64,000 nt of DNA, from NCBI GenBank assembly GCA_013239625.1, contig MU057356.1, positions 22,664,043-22,728,042 of the forward strand. Direction: 5' to 3'. Numbering within the stretch: position 1 is the first letter of the stretch; each line of letters begins with the position of its first letter. The notes below the pieces were generated by a model. The model saw only the letters and a program-made list of their open reading frames with translations. It searched no databases and was not told the DNA's origin. Below are positions 14,931-28,709 of this stretch, piece after piece. The position numbers and the translations under genes are program-made. The DNA comes from Lama guanicoe (Eukaryota).

Positions 14931-15064
14931 AACTCCTTTTTTAAAGTTAAGACTCAGAAAGATCCTAGTTTTCTCGAGGCATGGAATGTACCTACACTTA
15001 CTGACCTTTTGTGCTACCAGATTCTTCATTACCAGTCTGTAACATGAGGATGCTTTTGACACAT

Positions 15065-15187
15065 CTCTTTTCACCCTCCACATTTAAGAATATTTGTTTC
15101 ATCAGCGGCTGTCACTACTATCTGCCTGGGCTCAAAGAATGATCTCAGATGATTATGTAAGTACTGGATGTATCTCTAAGAAGGAAT
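15065..15187 (+). repeat. 123-bp direct repeat, copy 1
   Basis: Matches 16392-16514 with one mismatch. Confidence 0.95.
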
Positions 15188-16094
15188 GATATAGACCCCC
15201 TCATGGCAAAACCCTAAACTGCAGTGAGGCCTCCTCTTCAAAATAGCTTCAAGCTAAGTGTTTATTTCAGAATCTCCTGGCAATAGAGAAAGCTAGAGAA
15301 TAAGGAAAGAATTTTCAGTCAATTTAATGTGTTCTTAACTTACGTCCAGCTAGTTTCAGGCAAAGATCTTTCTCAAAGTCTGAATTTTTGCTGTGAGTCC
15401 CCAAAATTGTAGACACAGATTGGTTCACAGTAAATAGGGCTCAGGAAAATCAGTGAAAACCAGTAATATTATCTTTTGGAAGTGATCTTCAATATATAGT
15501 GTCTACATTTATAGAGGCGGTAAGAAACTGGCATTGGTTAGAAAATCTCAGAGAATGCAAGTTATAGACAGACAGCTGCTAAGGTGCTCCTCTCTCTTGT
15601 TGGCTGTTTCAGGGCGTGGGAGAGGAGAGTCCTACTCTTATGCTCGTACTTCCAAATAAAAATCTTTCTGGGATCATCAGGAAATGAGAGAAAGAGAAAC
15701 TCTCTAATGTATTCTAAGATAAATCAAAAGGCAATGTCTGGAAACCAGATTTAGGTGGTTAGGACGGCTGATGCTGCTTCCCTCCGCCCCCGGGTCTGTG
15801 CTAGCTGAAACATGAAGCAAGGTGGAAGCCAAAGAACAGTGCACAAAGCCAAGACTAGGCTGGTCGAGATGTAAAGCCAGACGGCGGCTTCCATCTCCAC
15901 CTCAGCCCACCCACCCTTTACCATTTGCAAGCCCTTTTGAGATGTCTCTCTCTGGCTTCTCAGAGTAGACTTAGGGTTGGTACCCTCAGGATAAGTGCTG
16001 TCCTTCTGTGTGCCTGCATTCTTCTGGCCAAACATGTCATGAGGCTGTGAGGCGTATCGTGAACGTTTCAGTTAAGCCTGCCTTGGAACCTGGG

Positions 16095-16240
16095 GTTTTT
16101 TTTTGTTTGGTGAGTGGGTGGGTGGGTGGGTTGGTTGGTTTTGGTTTTGGTTTTGGTTTTTTAATGGAGGTACTGGTGATTGAACCCAGGACCTCATTCA
16201 CGCTAAGCATGCGCTCTACCACTGAACTATTTCCCTCCCT
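16095..16240 (-). mobile_element. tRNA-derived SINE
   Basis: Same family; microsatellite tail; imperfect TSD gaac(c/t)tgggtttt. Confidence 0.85.
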
Positions 16241-16391
16241 GTTGAACTTGGGTTTTAATCAGTAAGACTGAAGGGACAAGGAAATCCCAGGAAGTGGTAT
16301 TTGTATATAATAATAATCTAGTGCTTTCCAGTTTACAACTGTTTCCACATCTCAGATGGCAGTGACTCTGGTCACAATTGGTTATACTCAA

Positions 16392-16514
16392 CTCTTTTCA
16401 CTCTCCACATTTAAGAATATTTGTTTCATCAGCGGCTGTCACTACTATCTGCCTGGGCTCAAAGAATGATCTCAGATGATTATGTAAGTACTGGATGTAT
16501 CTCTAAGAAGGAAT
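16392..16514 (+). repeat. 123-bp direct repeat, copy 2
   Basis: Matches 15065-15187 with one mismatch. Confidence 0.95.
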
Positions 16515-18638
16515 CACATCCTGACACTGAATAGGACCCTACATTTACTGATTTATGAACAAAGAAACTGATCATCTCACTCAACATCATAATCAGCCAC
16601 CGAAGTAGCCAGGGCTATTGTCATCCACTCTCATTCACAGATGAGGAAACTGAGTCTCAAAGAGAGTAAGTGCTTTCCCCTAGAACTTAGGCTGCTGGAT
16701 TATTGCACTGGAGCCATAATTCAGTTACTTTATTCTGAACCCAGTGTTCCTCCTACTAGACCAAAGAAAAAGAAATGGAGAAGAAGGAGGCCAAGGTAAT
16801 CTGAGCCAGACCTCTAGAGGAATGAATACGTTTCTAATTTTCTGTTGTAAGGAGGTTGGGATTTCATCTAGAGCATGAATCCAGTAAGGGTCTAGAGAGG
16901 TCAGCTGGAGGGGCTTCAGAGAGAGAGGCTTCTTAGGGCTTGATCAGAAAGCCAGCAATTGGTTTGGAAGGAATGATATTAAGAAACAGAATAGCTGTAA
17001 AAATTGAAAGCAGAATTTGGGATGAAAGGTCTCACAAGGCAAGGGATGGAGGTGGTGCCTAGGGGTTACAATATGCAAGGCTAAGAGGGAGGATAGGCCT
17101 AGGGACTTGGGGGAATTCTAAGGGTCAGAAGCTAAGATGCTTTGAAAAGAACTACAGTTGAGCTAGAACAAATGCTGCAAACCAAGAAGTAGAACAACTG
17201 AGACTTACAGAGAACATGTACCATCTTTAATCAGTGTGTCCTGTACAGCCATGATGCCTAGTAATGTGCTCTGTGTTCCCTCCCCACCCTCACTCCTTCT
17301 CCTGGGAATTCTAGAAAAGGTAAAGGATTACAGCCTACAGTTGCTCTTGAGAGAATGACAATAAAGGCCTTCTTAGCTCCTGAAAGGTGGGCTTGAGATT
17401 CTTCACACTTTTTTATCCTCCATCTCACCCCTAAACACCTCTTGCAGATTTCAGAAAAGGAGATTTTCTATATCCCCAATCCAGAAGCATGAAATGGCAA
17501 GATGACTGGAAGAAAGCTAGGAGACATAGGTGGAGTTCCTGGCTTTGCCAATAACTGTCTGACTTTAGACAAGTCATTCATACTTCCTGGGTTTCACTAT
17601 CACCATTTGGAAGTGAAAAGATTAAATAGATTCTGTGTTGTAGGAGGTCCCTGAATCTAACAATCTATAAAACAAACTATAGAATCAGATGCAACATCTA
17701 TAAAGCATTTTGCTTCTTTAGAGATGGGGTTTTCAGAGACTGTATTCCATGTAAGATACTCAAGTCAGGCTGGCATCCAAGTCCAGATTCATTATACTGG
17801 TGATTTATTAGGCTTACCTAATTACTACTCTTACGTGAAAACAAACGAGCCAATTTCTGTTAATTTAGCCTTCCTAGGAAAAAAAAGTTGAATTTTAATC
17901 ATTTACAAAGTATCAAACTAAGAATGAATGAGAGATTGAAAACATCAGAATCAAAAACTTTTATTTTTGCTTCAATAAAGATGATAGAATATTTCCTTAA
18001 GTTATTAGTGTACAGTCTATAGGGATGCATTTAAAGAGCAGATGAATGCATGTGGCATGTCCATGCAGTGACACTTGGAAAGGACAGGAGCATTTCCAAA
18101 GAATGATAAATACTTCAAAAGAATAGACTTGGAGAGGAGGGGAGACTAGGAGAGAGATACTTATCTGAAGATGACATAATCTTAAATGCATGACTCACAC
18201 TTGCTTTCACTAAGCAAAGTTTCTGAGTGGAAAATATGGCCAAAGAGGTTGTTAACATTCCCTTGAAGAATTATCACCTGAGGGCAACTGTTAATCAGAT
18301 ACCAACACCTCTGCAGGTTGAGAAGAGACAGGCTCCATGCAGGATGAGACTGGGTTTTTTTTTAGAGTGTTCTCCAACATGCTTTCCTTGTTATATTTGC
18401 TTTACTAGAAGGACAGTGTGTGCAGTGGTTAGGACCATGGGTTCTGAAGTCAGACTACTTGTGATGTATCATTCAGTAGCTGAGTGACCTTGAGCAAGTT
18501 ACTTAATATCTTGCCTCAATAAAGTTATCTCTAAAATAGAATTTTAATAGAATCTCAGAGAGTTGTTGTAAAATGTAAAAGAGAGAATACATGGTTTGAA
18601 AGAAAGTCTGTTGAGTGCATCTAGAGTAGCATACTGTG

Positions 18639-18781
18639 TTACTCAGGATGACTGTCCCTGTTGTTACACTGTATTGATTTGGAATAACTGGTGCGCCCAG
18701 GTGGAGGTGAGCAGTAGGTATCTGATTAGGAGTCATGATTGTGCAGTGGCTGAGTAACGATGACTGTTGACACTGGCTGTT
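18639..18781 (-). pseudogene. Candidate cytoplasmic-tail exon
   Basis: Acceptor gtcttttcag; QPVSTVIVTQP...*SDTYCSPPPGRTSYS in the phase-1 frame; the phase-0 frame is also open and S/T/P/Q-rich. Confidence 0.4.
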
Positions 18782-19721
18782 CTGAAAAGACCAAAGTTTG
18801 GGCATAAGGGTCCTACTTCTTCTTAACCACACTTAAGTCATTGTACATAATCAACAGTTGACTATATCTTGGTTTTCATTCTATTTGGGAATTATCTTTG
18901 ACCTCCTCTCCGTAATGAGAAAGGAGAGTTGACTAAGTATAATTTTATAATGGTCAGTTAAATGACCTGAGATATGAAGGTGACATGTGTTCTGCCAATT
19001 CTCTTAGAGGTACTGGGAATTGGATTAGAAGTGAATGATCATGAAACTAGCAGCTATTGTAATTCAGATGCAGTTCACTCTAGAAAAAGGATATTCCAAC
19101 CTCCTTCCATACTTAGTTAGTTCTTTATAGATTTTTGACTCAAACAAGATAAACTTTGCCAATAATATAGCACCACCATATGTTTGCAGTGAGGGAAACA
19201 CTATTTGGGGACAAATGGACTCAAGAGACCATGTTTCAGTACCTATCAATATTACCAAGAGGGAGTCAGACATTCCTTACATAGTATCTTCTCTTTATAT
19301 TTTTTAGATTAAATAGATCCACTGATCTTTAGAATGTTTCTAATTTGAACCCTATGTAAATAGAAGGAGAGAACTGAGTTGGGTATATTAAAGTAGCAGA
19401 GCATATTTAATTGAACATATGCCCATTTCTTTATTCATCTTTCTGAAAAGGTGGAACAGCCTCTGTTCTTTGTCTTTTCCTTTCCTACATCCTGGTGACT
19501 TTGATAACCATAATTCAAACCACCACCACTAGAACAAAGTTTAAGATTTGTTGTGTCTGGTTGGAAAACAATGAAGGGTTCTGATGTCATTCTTCTAATA
19601 AATAACATTTGTGGTGTTTTGTTTCATGAATTAATTTCTTACTTGAACAAATATTGCTTCTTAGAACCCAGTAATTATGCACACAAACTCTAATTCATTT
19701 CTTTAGTTCAAACCCAGGAAC

Positions 19722-19886
19722 TAAAATTTGTTTGCGAAACTTCTTTAATCTTGACTGAGTAGCACAATTTAATTTTGTATGTACTAAGAAGAGATGTGGG
19801 AGAGGGCAAGGATGGAAATGAGGGATGCGAAGCTACAAACTCTGTGTAGCAGTGGACATTTCTTTTGGGTTATGACTTTAATAATC
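19722..19886 (-). pseudogene. Candidate transmembrane exon remnant
   Basis: PLLHRVCSFASLISILAL / LFLV followed by RLKKFRKQ (one frameshift needed). Confidence 0.4.
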
Positions 19887-21244
19887 CTACACTTGACTAA
19901 AAGGGCGAGAAAGAAAACAAAGTTGATGGTTCTGAGGTCTGTTTTTTCCTGAATTTTAGCAATTACTTTAGCTCTTGAAATTGGAGTCATCACATTCACT
20001 TTTGCCATTTTATCCTTAAAGTCACAGACTGAAAATGCTTATTGTATTCATCCACAGATGTTTGAATCAGTGGTATTAAGTGGATAGTAGATGGTTCTAT
20101 GAGTTAGGATTAGGATCAGCAATATAAAACAGAAAATCTCAAAATGACAGTGGCCTAAACAAGATAGATGTATCTTATTTCTCTCACACACAAGGAGCAC
20201 AAAAGTAGGTACTCAAGAGCTGATGAGGTGGCTCTGCAGAGTCATTAGGACCCCAGGCTCCTTCCAGGTCTCTGTAACACCATCCCTCTGATGTGACCCT
20301 TGTTTGTGAGAGCCCCAAAAGTCTTTTAATTACATCGATGGACCAGACAGCAAAATGGAGAAGACTCTTCTAAGGGATTTCTTTTCCCAAACTTCACTTA
20401 ACAATTACACTTACATTTTACTGGCTGAAAGTTAATGACATAGCCAAAGTTGGCTCCAGGAAAGGCTGAGAAATGTGCCTTTAGCTGGGCATCAATGTAC
20501 CCAGCTAAAAATTTGGTTTCCTATGGCCAAGAAGGAGAAAACAGGTAATGGGAAGTGACCAGCCATTTCTGTGCAGAATACTGCAGTAAATTCATTCTCA
20601 AGGGCAATGGTAGAGAGAAGTTGAAAAGATTCTGTGAAATAATGCTACACTTTGAGGAACCTATGTTTGTGTTCCCTAAGTTTTCTACTTCTATGCCTAA
20701 TGCATATCATATATGCAGGTTACCAGGTTATATTATCAAATTCGTGTATTGATAACATGGGACTTGCAAAAATGATCACAGAAAGTGAAGGACATACGAG
20801 AATTAAGTCAAGATGTTAGACTTACTACTGGTCCAAGACCACCTATCTGATGACAGAAGTTACATGCCATAATACTGTGGGCATTATGTACATACAACCA
20901 CATTTCAGAGTCCACTACAAAGAAAAGATAAGTGTAGATGCAAGGGAAAGGTAATTCTAGGCGCAGGGGAGACCCCTGCACTTAACAAATCAAATAGATA
21001 GCTCTAGAACTTGTACTCAGTTCATGGAAAAAGCCTATTTTCTAGATGGAAGCTAATACTTAGAATAACACCTCTGTGAAAAGCAATTTTGCAGAATCCT
21101 ATGATAAAAGCCAGTCTACACTGACGAGACACAGAGCAAAAGTGTAGATGAAGGTAGAATTCAGGAGGAAAGGCCGGTGGAGTGAGAGTGCTGAGGGTCT
21201 GGCTGAGAGAAGTTTCCAGGCAAGAAGCCAAGTGGAGGACTCAC

Positions 21245-21561
21245 ACTGGCTGAGCGCTCTGCCAGCAACTTCTCTCCGCACAAAGTTAGTTTCCAACATC
21301 TCTCAAGGTTTAGCAGAAAAAGTGTGCAATCTATTCACCTGTTGCTCCAGAAATAGTTAAAGCAAGGATCAGAGCCACACCTATCAGTCCATTAAAGCCA
21401 AATAATGAAAATTTAAATAGAAACAAAGACCAGAATCATAGACATTCACTTGCACATCACAGATAGGACACCTCTCTTGGGGTCTTTCGTTCTCTGCTCC
21501 AGCTGTAAGGGAATCCCAGGTCAGGTCCACACCACATGGTGCTGACAGTGGTCCAGGGGCC
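21245..21561 (-). pseudogene. Membrane-proximal FN3 remnant (exons 21561-21450 and 21338-21245)
   Basis: APGPLSAPCGVDLTWDSLT.....ERPQERCPI; LLNLE / FVR..VAG; donors gtgaat, gtgagt. Confidence 0.6.
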
Positions 21562-22094
21562 CTAAATGACCTGAGTTTTCTCAGGGGTCCCTGTGAAAAA
21601 TGCAACCTTATTGACTTTACCATTTTATTTAGTCTCACTCCAGGGGATGGATTTGTCTTTCTCACTGACCTGAGACAACCCCTTTGCAGCTGTGGTCTTG
21701 AGAAAATCCGCCTTAAGCCCTTTGGCGAAGACAGAAATGGAATCATGAAAGAATCAGAAGAGTTCCCTCGCCTGAGAACCCAGAGTCCCCTCAGATGGTT
21801 GAGTGGAAGCCAAGTGAGGAGAATGAGGGATCAGTGCTTGTCCTCAGATCTGAGCCACCCTGAAGCCCAACCCAGCAGCATTAATCCCCATGTACAAAGA
21901 GAACGTTATTGAAATTTAGACCAAATGTATTATTAACACTGACATAGGAGGCTGACCCCCTCCCCGTACCCAACTCTACCTCTGGATCTCAGTCTCTTCC
22001 AATACAGTTTCTGGTTTCCTTGGCTTTGTCCTATTCTAATAACACATCCAGGCATGATTAAAGAGGCTTGATATAACACACCTCATAAACCATC

Positions 22095-24900
22095 TGCATA
22101 TGGCTGGCCAAAGACAGTCCCTGCCCATTCTCTTGTTTCCCTTTGCAGATTTCACCAAGTTGTATCTGGAACACATACAAGTAGATGGAAGCCACCAGCA
22201 AGCTACAGCAGAGACTAGTGAGTGGAGATGTTCTCAGCTGTGAAGGTCTGTGAGGCTGTATTCTTCTAGCCCTCTACTCATAAAAAGCCACAGAGATTCA
22301 TAAAGGCAGACAGGCCAGGCTTTTCAAGCTTTTTATGGATAATCATAATATTCATTTGTTCAGTTACCATCTATTGATGTCCCTATTAATCAGGCAGTAA
22401 ACTAGCAACTAGGGGTACAATGGTGAACAAGACAAATTGACTCTCCCATCCTGGAACTTACATTCGCATGCAGGAAACAAATCTTGAACCAAATTCACAA
22501 GTAATTAACTACAGGTATGTTAAATTGCTACAAAGACATACCCAGTTTTACAGAGTATATCATAAGGACACTGACCCAATCTATGGTTCAGGAAAGGCTT
22601 CCCTGGGGTTGTGTGGTTGTATAATGAAGTTTAAGGGGATATCTGAAGGATGAACAGGAGGTAATTAGCAAAGATGGTGCTCCTGGCAGAGGGAAATGCA
22701 GGAGAAAGGCCCTAAGGAAGAGGAGGAAACATGGCAAAGAAAAAGAAAAATGTAGTGTGTGTGTATGTATATAAGGTGTGCGTATGTATATACAGGAATA
22801 TNNNNNNNNNNNNNNNNNNNNNNNNNNNNNNNNNNNNNNNNNNNNNNNNNNNNNNNNNNNNNNNNNNNNNNNNNNNNNNNNNNNNNNNNNNNNNNNNNNN
22901 NNNNNNNNNNNNNNNNNNNNNNNNNNNNNNNNNNNNNNNNNNNNNNNNNNNNNNNNNNNNNNNNNNNNNNNNNNNNNNNNNACTCATAAATACAGTGAAC
23001 AGATTGGTGGTTGTCAGAGGTAAGGGGGTAGGGGTGAATGAAATGGGTGAAGGTAGTCAAAGGGTACAAACTTCTAGTTGTAAGGTAAATAACTCTGGGG
23101 ATATAACTCCTAGGGATACAGCATGGTGACTATAGTTAGCAATACTGTATTACATATTTGAAAGTTGCTAAGAGGGTACATCTTAAAAGTTCTCACCACA
23201 AGAAAAAAAAATGTGTAACTATGTGTGGTAACAGATGTTAACCAAACTTACTGTGATGATCATTTTGCACTATATACATACAACAAACCATTATGTTGTA
23301 CAACTGAAATTAATACAATCTTATATGTCAATTATATCTCAATTAAAAAAAAGGAGAAAGAAAGAAAAGAAAGAAAGGGAGGAAGGAAGAGAACGAGGGA
23401 GGGAGGGTGGGCGAGAGAGACAGTGAGTGATTCTGGAGCAGTGAGCAGTGAGCCTCCCTACATGAGCCAGATGGGGCTGGCATGCTGTCTTAAGGATTTC
23501 CACATAACATGGATAAAGAGAAGCTTGTAAAAGCTTCAAGGTAGGGAAAAGAAAACTAAATGTACATTCTCTTCTTGTCTCTTGTTTCTTACCTCCTGAT
23601 CTGACATCTGTAGCCAATGAGCTTCAAATTTTAAGGCAAACTAAGAAAAATCAAGCTGACCTTCAAGCTTTGTGCAAAACTAAACTTTTATTTGAGATGA
23701 CTACAAAGAAAATGCTCAGAAATATAAAAACTAATGTTTTCACCTGATTGAATACATTTATAACTCAGTAGATTTGGCCCTGGCACTTGAACTTAGTTAC
23801 CTCTAAAAACATGTGCAGATATTTCAACCTCCCGATTTATATGCATTCATAGTTTTCTACAGAAAGCAACAAATACATGCCAATTTTGAGTAGTAAAAGG
23901 AAAACATGTTCCCTTGAATCAAGAAGTAACTTTATTAGGCATATAAGAACTCATTAATGGAAAAATAAAGCATCCTACTTTGCTGTTAAATTGGATATCA
24001 TGTTGAAAGAGAAGTTTAAAACGTGGAATCCAGCCACAGCCATGAGCATAAGGTGAAAAGAGAATGTACCACAGACAAAGGTTCTTGACTATCAATTAAT
24101 TCATTTAAAAGTTCCTCAATCTGTTCTTCCTGAAAATGTAAGCAATTGAGACTTAATGAGTTTGTACCTTTTTTTTTTTCCAACTCGCATTTATCCAGAA
24201 TGTTTAGGAGGTAAGGTTGTTTAGCTTATATGACAGCGACTTATAATCCGCAAACACACTTCCTCCTCCTCCTGGTACACAGCTAGAATACACTCTCAGC
24301 CACTGTCAGGTGTGTTCCACAAAAGGTTAGTGGGATTAGTGTCAGCTATTTCTAGGGCTGGCTCATAAAACTTTCCAACAGCCCATCCTCTGTGCTCTTT
24401 TATCCTTCATCAACTTCATGAAAATAAGCACAGTGCCCTTGGAAATTACATAATGAAGATGGTGGAGCCATAAGACAGAGAGAGCCCAGGTCCCTACATC
24501 AAGACTTGGAGAAAAGCAGCCTACCAATCATAGCTCAGAGGTCTGACTTTGGGTTTACTTTTTATGTCTGGTACATGGCAATTTTCTGAGCTCTGCTGTG
24601 AGTTAGAATTTTTATACTCTACTTTGTTCAGCATTTCTATGTAACTGCAGTAGCAGAACATTAGACATTAGTTAGCTCAATCCACCATGTCCCTGGAACC
24701 AGAACTATATTAATAATGTGCATATTATTAGTACCCTGGTAAGTAGCAGGACTGATACTTTAAGGGGTAGTTTTGGATCTTGCAATGCTTCTTGTCATAA
24801 TTATAACCTATCATGTTTCATTGTATTGATCATAGTTGAACTCTCTGCTTGATTGTTGGACGACTTGGGTTTCTTACCCTCACAAACACTGTGGATTGGC
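22095..24900 (-). pseudogene. FN3 remnant (exons 24900-24735 and ~22260-22095)
   Basis: STVFVRVRNPSRPTI...SIQ*N...CKIQNYPLKYQ; LPST / LYVFQIQ...NGQG. Confidence 0.55.
22740..23352 (+). mobile_element. L1 3' end (L1MA-like), gap inside
   Basis: Typical 3'UTR (ggtacaaacttctagttg...tatgtcaattatatctcaatt) with A/purine tail. Confidence 0.85.
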
Positions 24901-26883
24901 CTGATCATAGGAATGAGTCTACCCTGTATGTGCCCCGACCTTGGGGGAAAGGAGCACCTCTATCTGGAGCATAATATAATCAAGTGATCTGTCCAACCTT
25001 TCTGAGTGGGATATACTCTTTTAAAAAACTGTAACATTACTTGTTAACTTGCAAAAGAGGGGGAAATTGCACAAGAAATAGTGTTGGCATATAGGAAAAA
25101 TGGCAGAATGGAGGGTGGTCAAGCAAGAGAGGAATTGCTCTACAGGAGGGTATAATCATGGTACAACTAGAAGTTAGACATTGTAGATTCACTACCTACC
25201 AGCTGTTTAACCTTGGGCAAGTTTACTAAACTTTTCTGAACATCAGTTTTCATATCTGTGAATACAGAATGATAATATTAGCTATCTCGTAAGCTGTTAT
25301 TTGGGTGAGATAATACATGTAAATTACTGAATATGGAATCTGGAACAAAACAAGGACTGGATATATGCTAATTATTATTATTTAAAATTACTCTAGAAGT
25401 AAAGGGGAGGCAAAATGGCAAATGTGGTTGGCTGCCAGAAGCACTAAAAAGGCACCTTGCCAGGCCTCCTTGGAGCATAAGCCTGTCATTATCCAATCGT
25501 CCACTGACTCTGACTTAGCTGACTCTGGACGGTTGAGTCCAGCTCCTCCTGTGGAATTAAGAGCCATGAAAACCCACAAGGTCATGGTGGCAAAACTGGG
25601 CCAACTCAACCCTTCGGGCCCTCCACACCACTATTGGGTAATGGTCACCATGGTTCACTATCAACCAGTCACCACCACTTTTTGAAAGACACAGAAACCC
25701 TATGATTCCATCTCTAGTGCCAGGGTCAAGAGTCACACACACAGAAATCTGCTCTGAGTTCTTTAGATAACTTCCAGAAGCCGCTTTGAGAAGACCCAGC
25801 CTTTGGCTTTGAAGAACATCTTTTTGTCTCTTAACAGATGCTGTTCTAATGAAACTTGGTCATTGGTGCCTTTAGGTGCACAGTAGGGACTCAAAAAGTG
25901 ACAGTTATTATTGTGACTCATTTCTTTAGTCACTATGCTATCTATTTAAAGTCTTTATTTTCATTTTCATAGGATTTCAAACATCCTGGCAACAGTAATT
26001 TTGTGTTTTGCCCAAATTCCACGAAGTTTAAAATTCTTAATACTAATGAGATTTATGAGTCACTCCCTGGCAGAATCTGCAGCTTTTAGCATCTCTAGTC
26101 TTAGAAAAATGACCCAGAACAAGATGCAAAGTTGAAAAGTAACAAGTGATCAGTTTCAGAAGAAGCTGCTGAAGTAGAACAAATAAAGGGAGAGAGTTTC
26201 TGGTTACATAAGTGATGGAGTATTTGGAGAAATGAGACATCGGGAGTAGCATTTCTACATCTAAATAGATATCCTTCTCAATACTTATCCTGTGGCCCTG
26301 CCTGACCTCTGTTTTCCGTTAGTCCACTGGGTGGTCTTGACTTGACAGACCCATACAAGTTTCCTTGTTCTCCTCACTCTTGGGCAGGCCCATTACATTA
26401 GAGACTGTAGCAAAGCAGATTTGGAAACTGATCTCTGGACTGACAAGAGGAGCCTGAACTGCCTCTTCTTTTTTGATTCCTGTTGTATCAATCACAAATA
26501 CAAACATTTACCCACATTCTCTGGAGCGCAAAGACAAGGAGCCAGACCAGAAGGAAATGAGACTATAGCCTTAGGAAGATATTTTCCCATCTTTTCTCAC
26601 TTCTCTTCTCTGGTCTCTGAGTTCTGAGTGTGAGCTATGAAAAGAGAGATGGACTATACTTACTCTAACGCCTGAAGGTAGGGCAGGGGATGAGTAGGGA
26701 CAGAGGCATCCCTGGAAGTCCTGGTTAGTTCTGGAATGGCCTTTTTCAGCAAAGTAAGCTAGATAAACTCTTGTTCAGTAATCCACACAAATCCAGCTTT
26801 GCCCCATTGCCTTGACTCGATGGTAAGGTAGCTGAGCCCTAGTCAGCAGGACTTTCCCAGAGGGCCATTAAAAGTGGAAGATT

Positions 26884-27322
26884 TGCAACAACATGGGTGG
26901 ACCTGGAGATTGTCATACTAAATAAAGTAAACCAGACAGAGAAAGAAAAATACCATATGATATCACTTATATGTAGAATCCAAAAAAAAAAGACAAAAAT
27001 GAACTTATTTACAAAACAGAAATAGACTCACAGATATAGAAAACAAACTTATGGTTACCAGGGGAGAAAGTGGGGGGCAGGTGGAGGGATAAATTGGGAG
27101 TTTGGGATTTGCAGATACTAACTACTATATATAAAATAGATAAACAACAAGGTCCTACTGTAGAGCACAGGGAACCATATTCAATATTTTGTGATAGCCT
27201 ATAATGAAAAAGAATACTAAAAGGAATATATATAGGTATAACCGAATTGCTATGGTGTACACCAGAAATTAATACATTATAAACCAACTATACTTCAATA
27301 AAAAAGCTTCATTAGTATAAAA
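26884..27322 (+). mobile_element. 5'-truncated young L1 with TSD
   Basis: Same family as 2587-3208; TSD aaaagtggaagatt at 26870-26883 and 27323-27336. Confidence 0.9.
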
Positions 27323-28193
27323 AAAAGTGGAAGATTCGATTCTACTGCTTAGTAACTGTAATAGTGAGAAATTATTATCCGAAACATTTCACACTGACAT
27401 CTTGACATAGCATTCAAGATGAATGACATCATACTATATCTTGGCATAAATCAATAGTATAGTATTATCCTTACATCCATATTGTGACTTGGGAACCAAC
27501 GCAAATTATAAAGTATTAGAGATAAAGAAATTCCCCTGCTTCATAAATGCTGCTAGGACTGACCTTTACAGGTCGACTTTCATTCTAGTCATCACTACTG
27601 TGATACAGACAGAAAGGATAACTGGAATAAAACCTACCCAGACTGAATGCAAAAGGTTTCTGATTACATCTTTAGCTCTAGTGCTTTGGACAAAGATATG
27701 AAGAAGACAGTGGGCCCCCAATAGGTCCCATGAGCAGTCCCCCAGACAACACCACTGCCCTCAACATTGTTTCACACAGCTCTCGAAGGGCTTTCCTCCC
27801 TCACTGAAAAGGCAATTAAGCAGAGCTTCACCAAAGACCATGAGGAACTACTGGGCTTCCTCCCATGGCATCCACCCTTGGACAACAAATGACTAATTAA
27901 GATTAATTTCTAGCTTACATAATGCCCTTTGCACAAGAATATGTTTGCACTCTAGAATATTGACACTGGCAAATGGGGCCAGATTTTTGGCAGGTTATTT
28001 GGATAAACAATGCCAAGCTGGCTAACTTCCTATATTTCTCTAGTCTTTTTTGGAAAATACCTAGAACACTTTCCAAGAAATCAGTTTAGTTTAGGTCGGT
28101 CAGAGTTTATTCTGGATAATATTGTGTTTATGTTGCATAAGAACCTAAGTCAGGATCAACTTCTCTCCCAGACCCAAGTCAGTTAATACTGAC

Positions 28194-28415
28194 TTAACAC
28201 TTGGGCATTTTTGCTCAAGGCATGAAAGCTACTGAAGGTTCTAGGAGGAAATACAAATTGTCTTTCTGGGTGATTCAAATTGGCTATGATCTCACTAGTA
28301 ACTCTGAGGCTTTGAGGGGACTCTGACAATAAGAGAAACAGTACTATCCAAATGATTTGGAAAGCTAAGGGTTTATTAGTGTCCATCTCTTTTTTGGCTG
28401 GTGGAATCAAGTATT
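28194..28415 (-). pseudogene. Possible intervening Ig-like exon between FN3 blocks
   Basis: 222-nt symmetric phase-1 open exon with a strong acceptor; ends SSFHALSKNAQVL, continued by SQSTVFVRV in the next exon; canonical Cys/Trp not visible. Confidence 0.4.
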
Positions 28416-28611
28416 CTAGGAGGGGAAAGAACAAGACTGGAAACCAGTGACTGGATTTCAACCTGGTTCTTACAGATGCTAGCTAGTTAGATAGTTCAGT
28501 GGACAAGTATTCATGGCAAATTTCAACAAAGTTAAGGCTACTTTAAATTTCTCTTCATCATAGAATGGATGCTTCTAGTCTAATAATTTAATTATTGTAA
28601 TATTGTTATTA

Positions 28612-28709
28612 AATTTTTTTTAAATTTATTTATAATGGCACTGGGGATTGAACCTAGGATCTCATGCATGCTCAACATGCACTCTACCACTGAGTTATTA
28701 CCCTCCCAC
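28612..28709 (-). mobile_element. tRNA-derived SINE
   Basis: Same family; flanked by tattaaa..tttt repeats. Confidence 0.85.
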
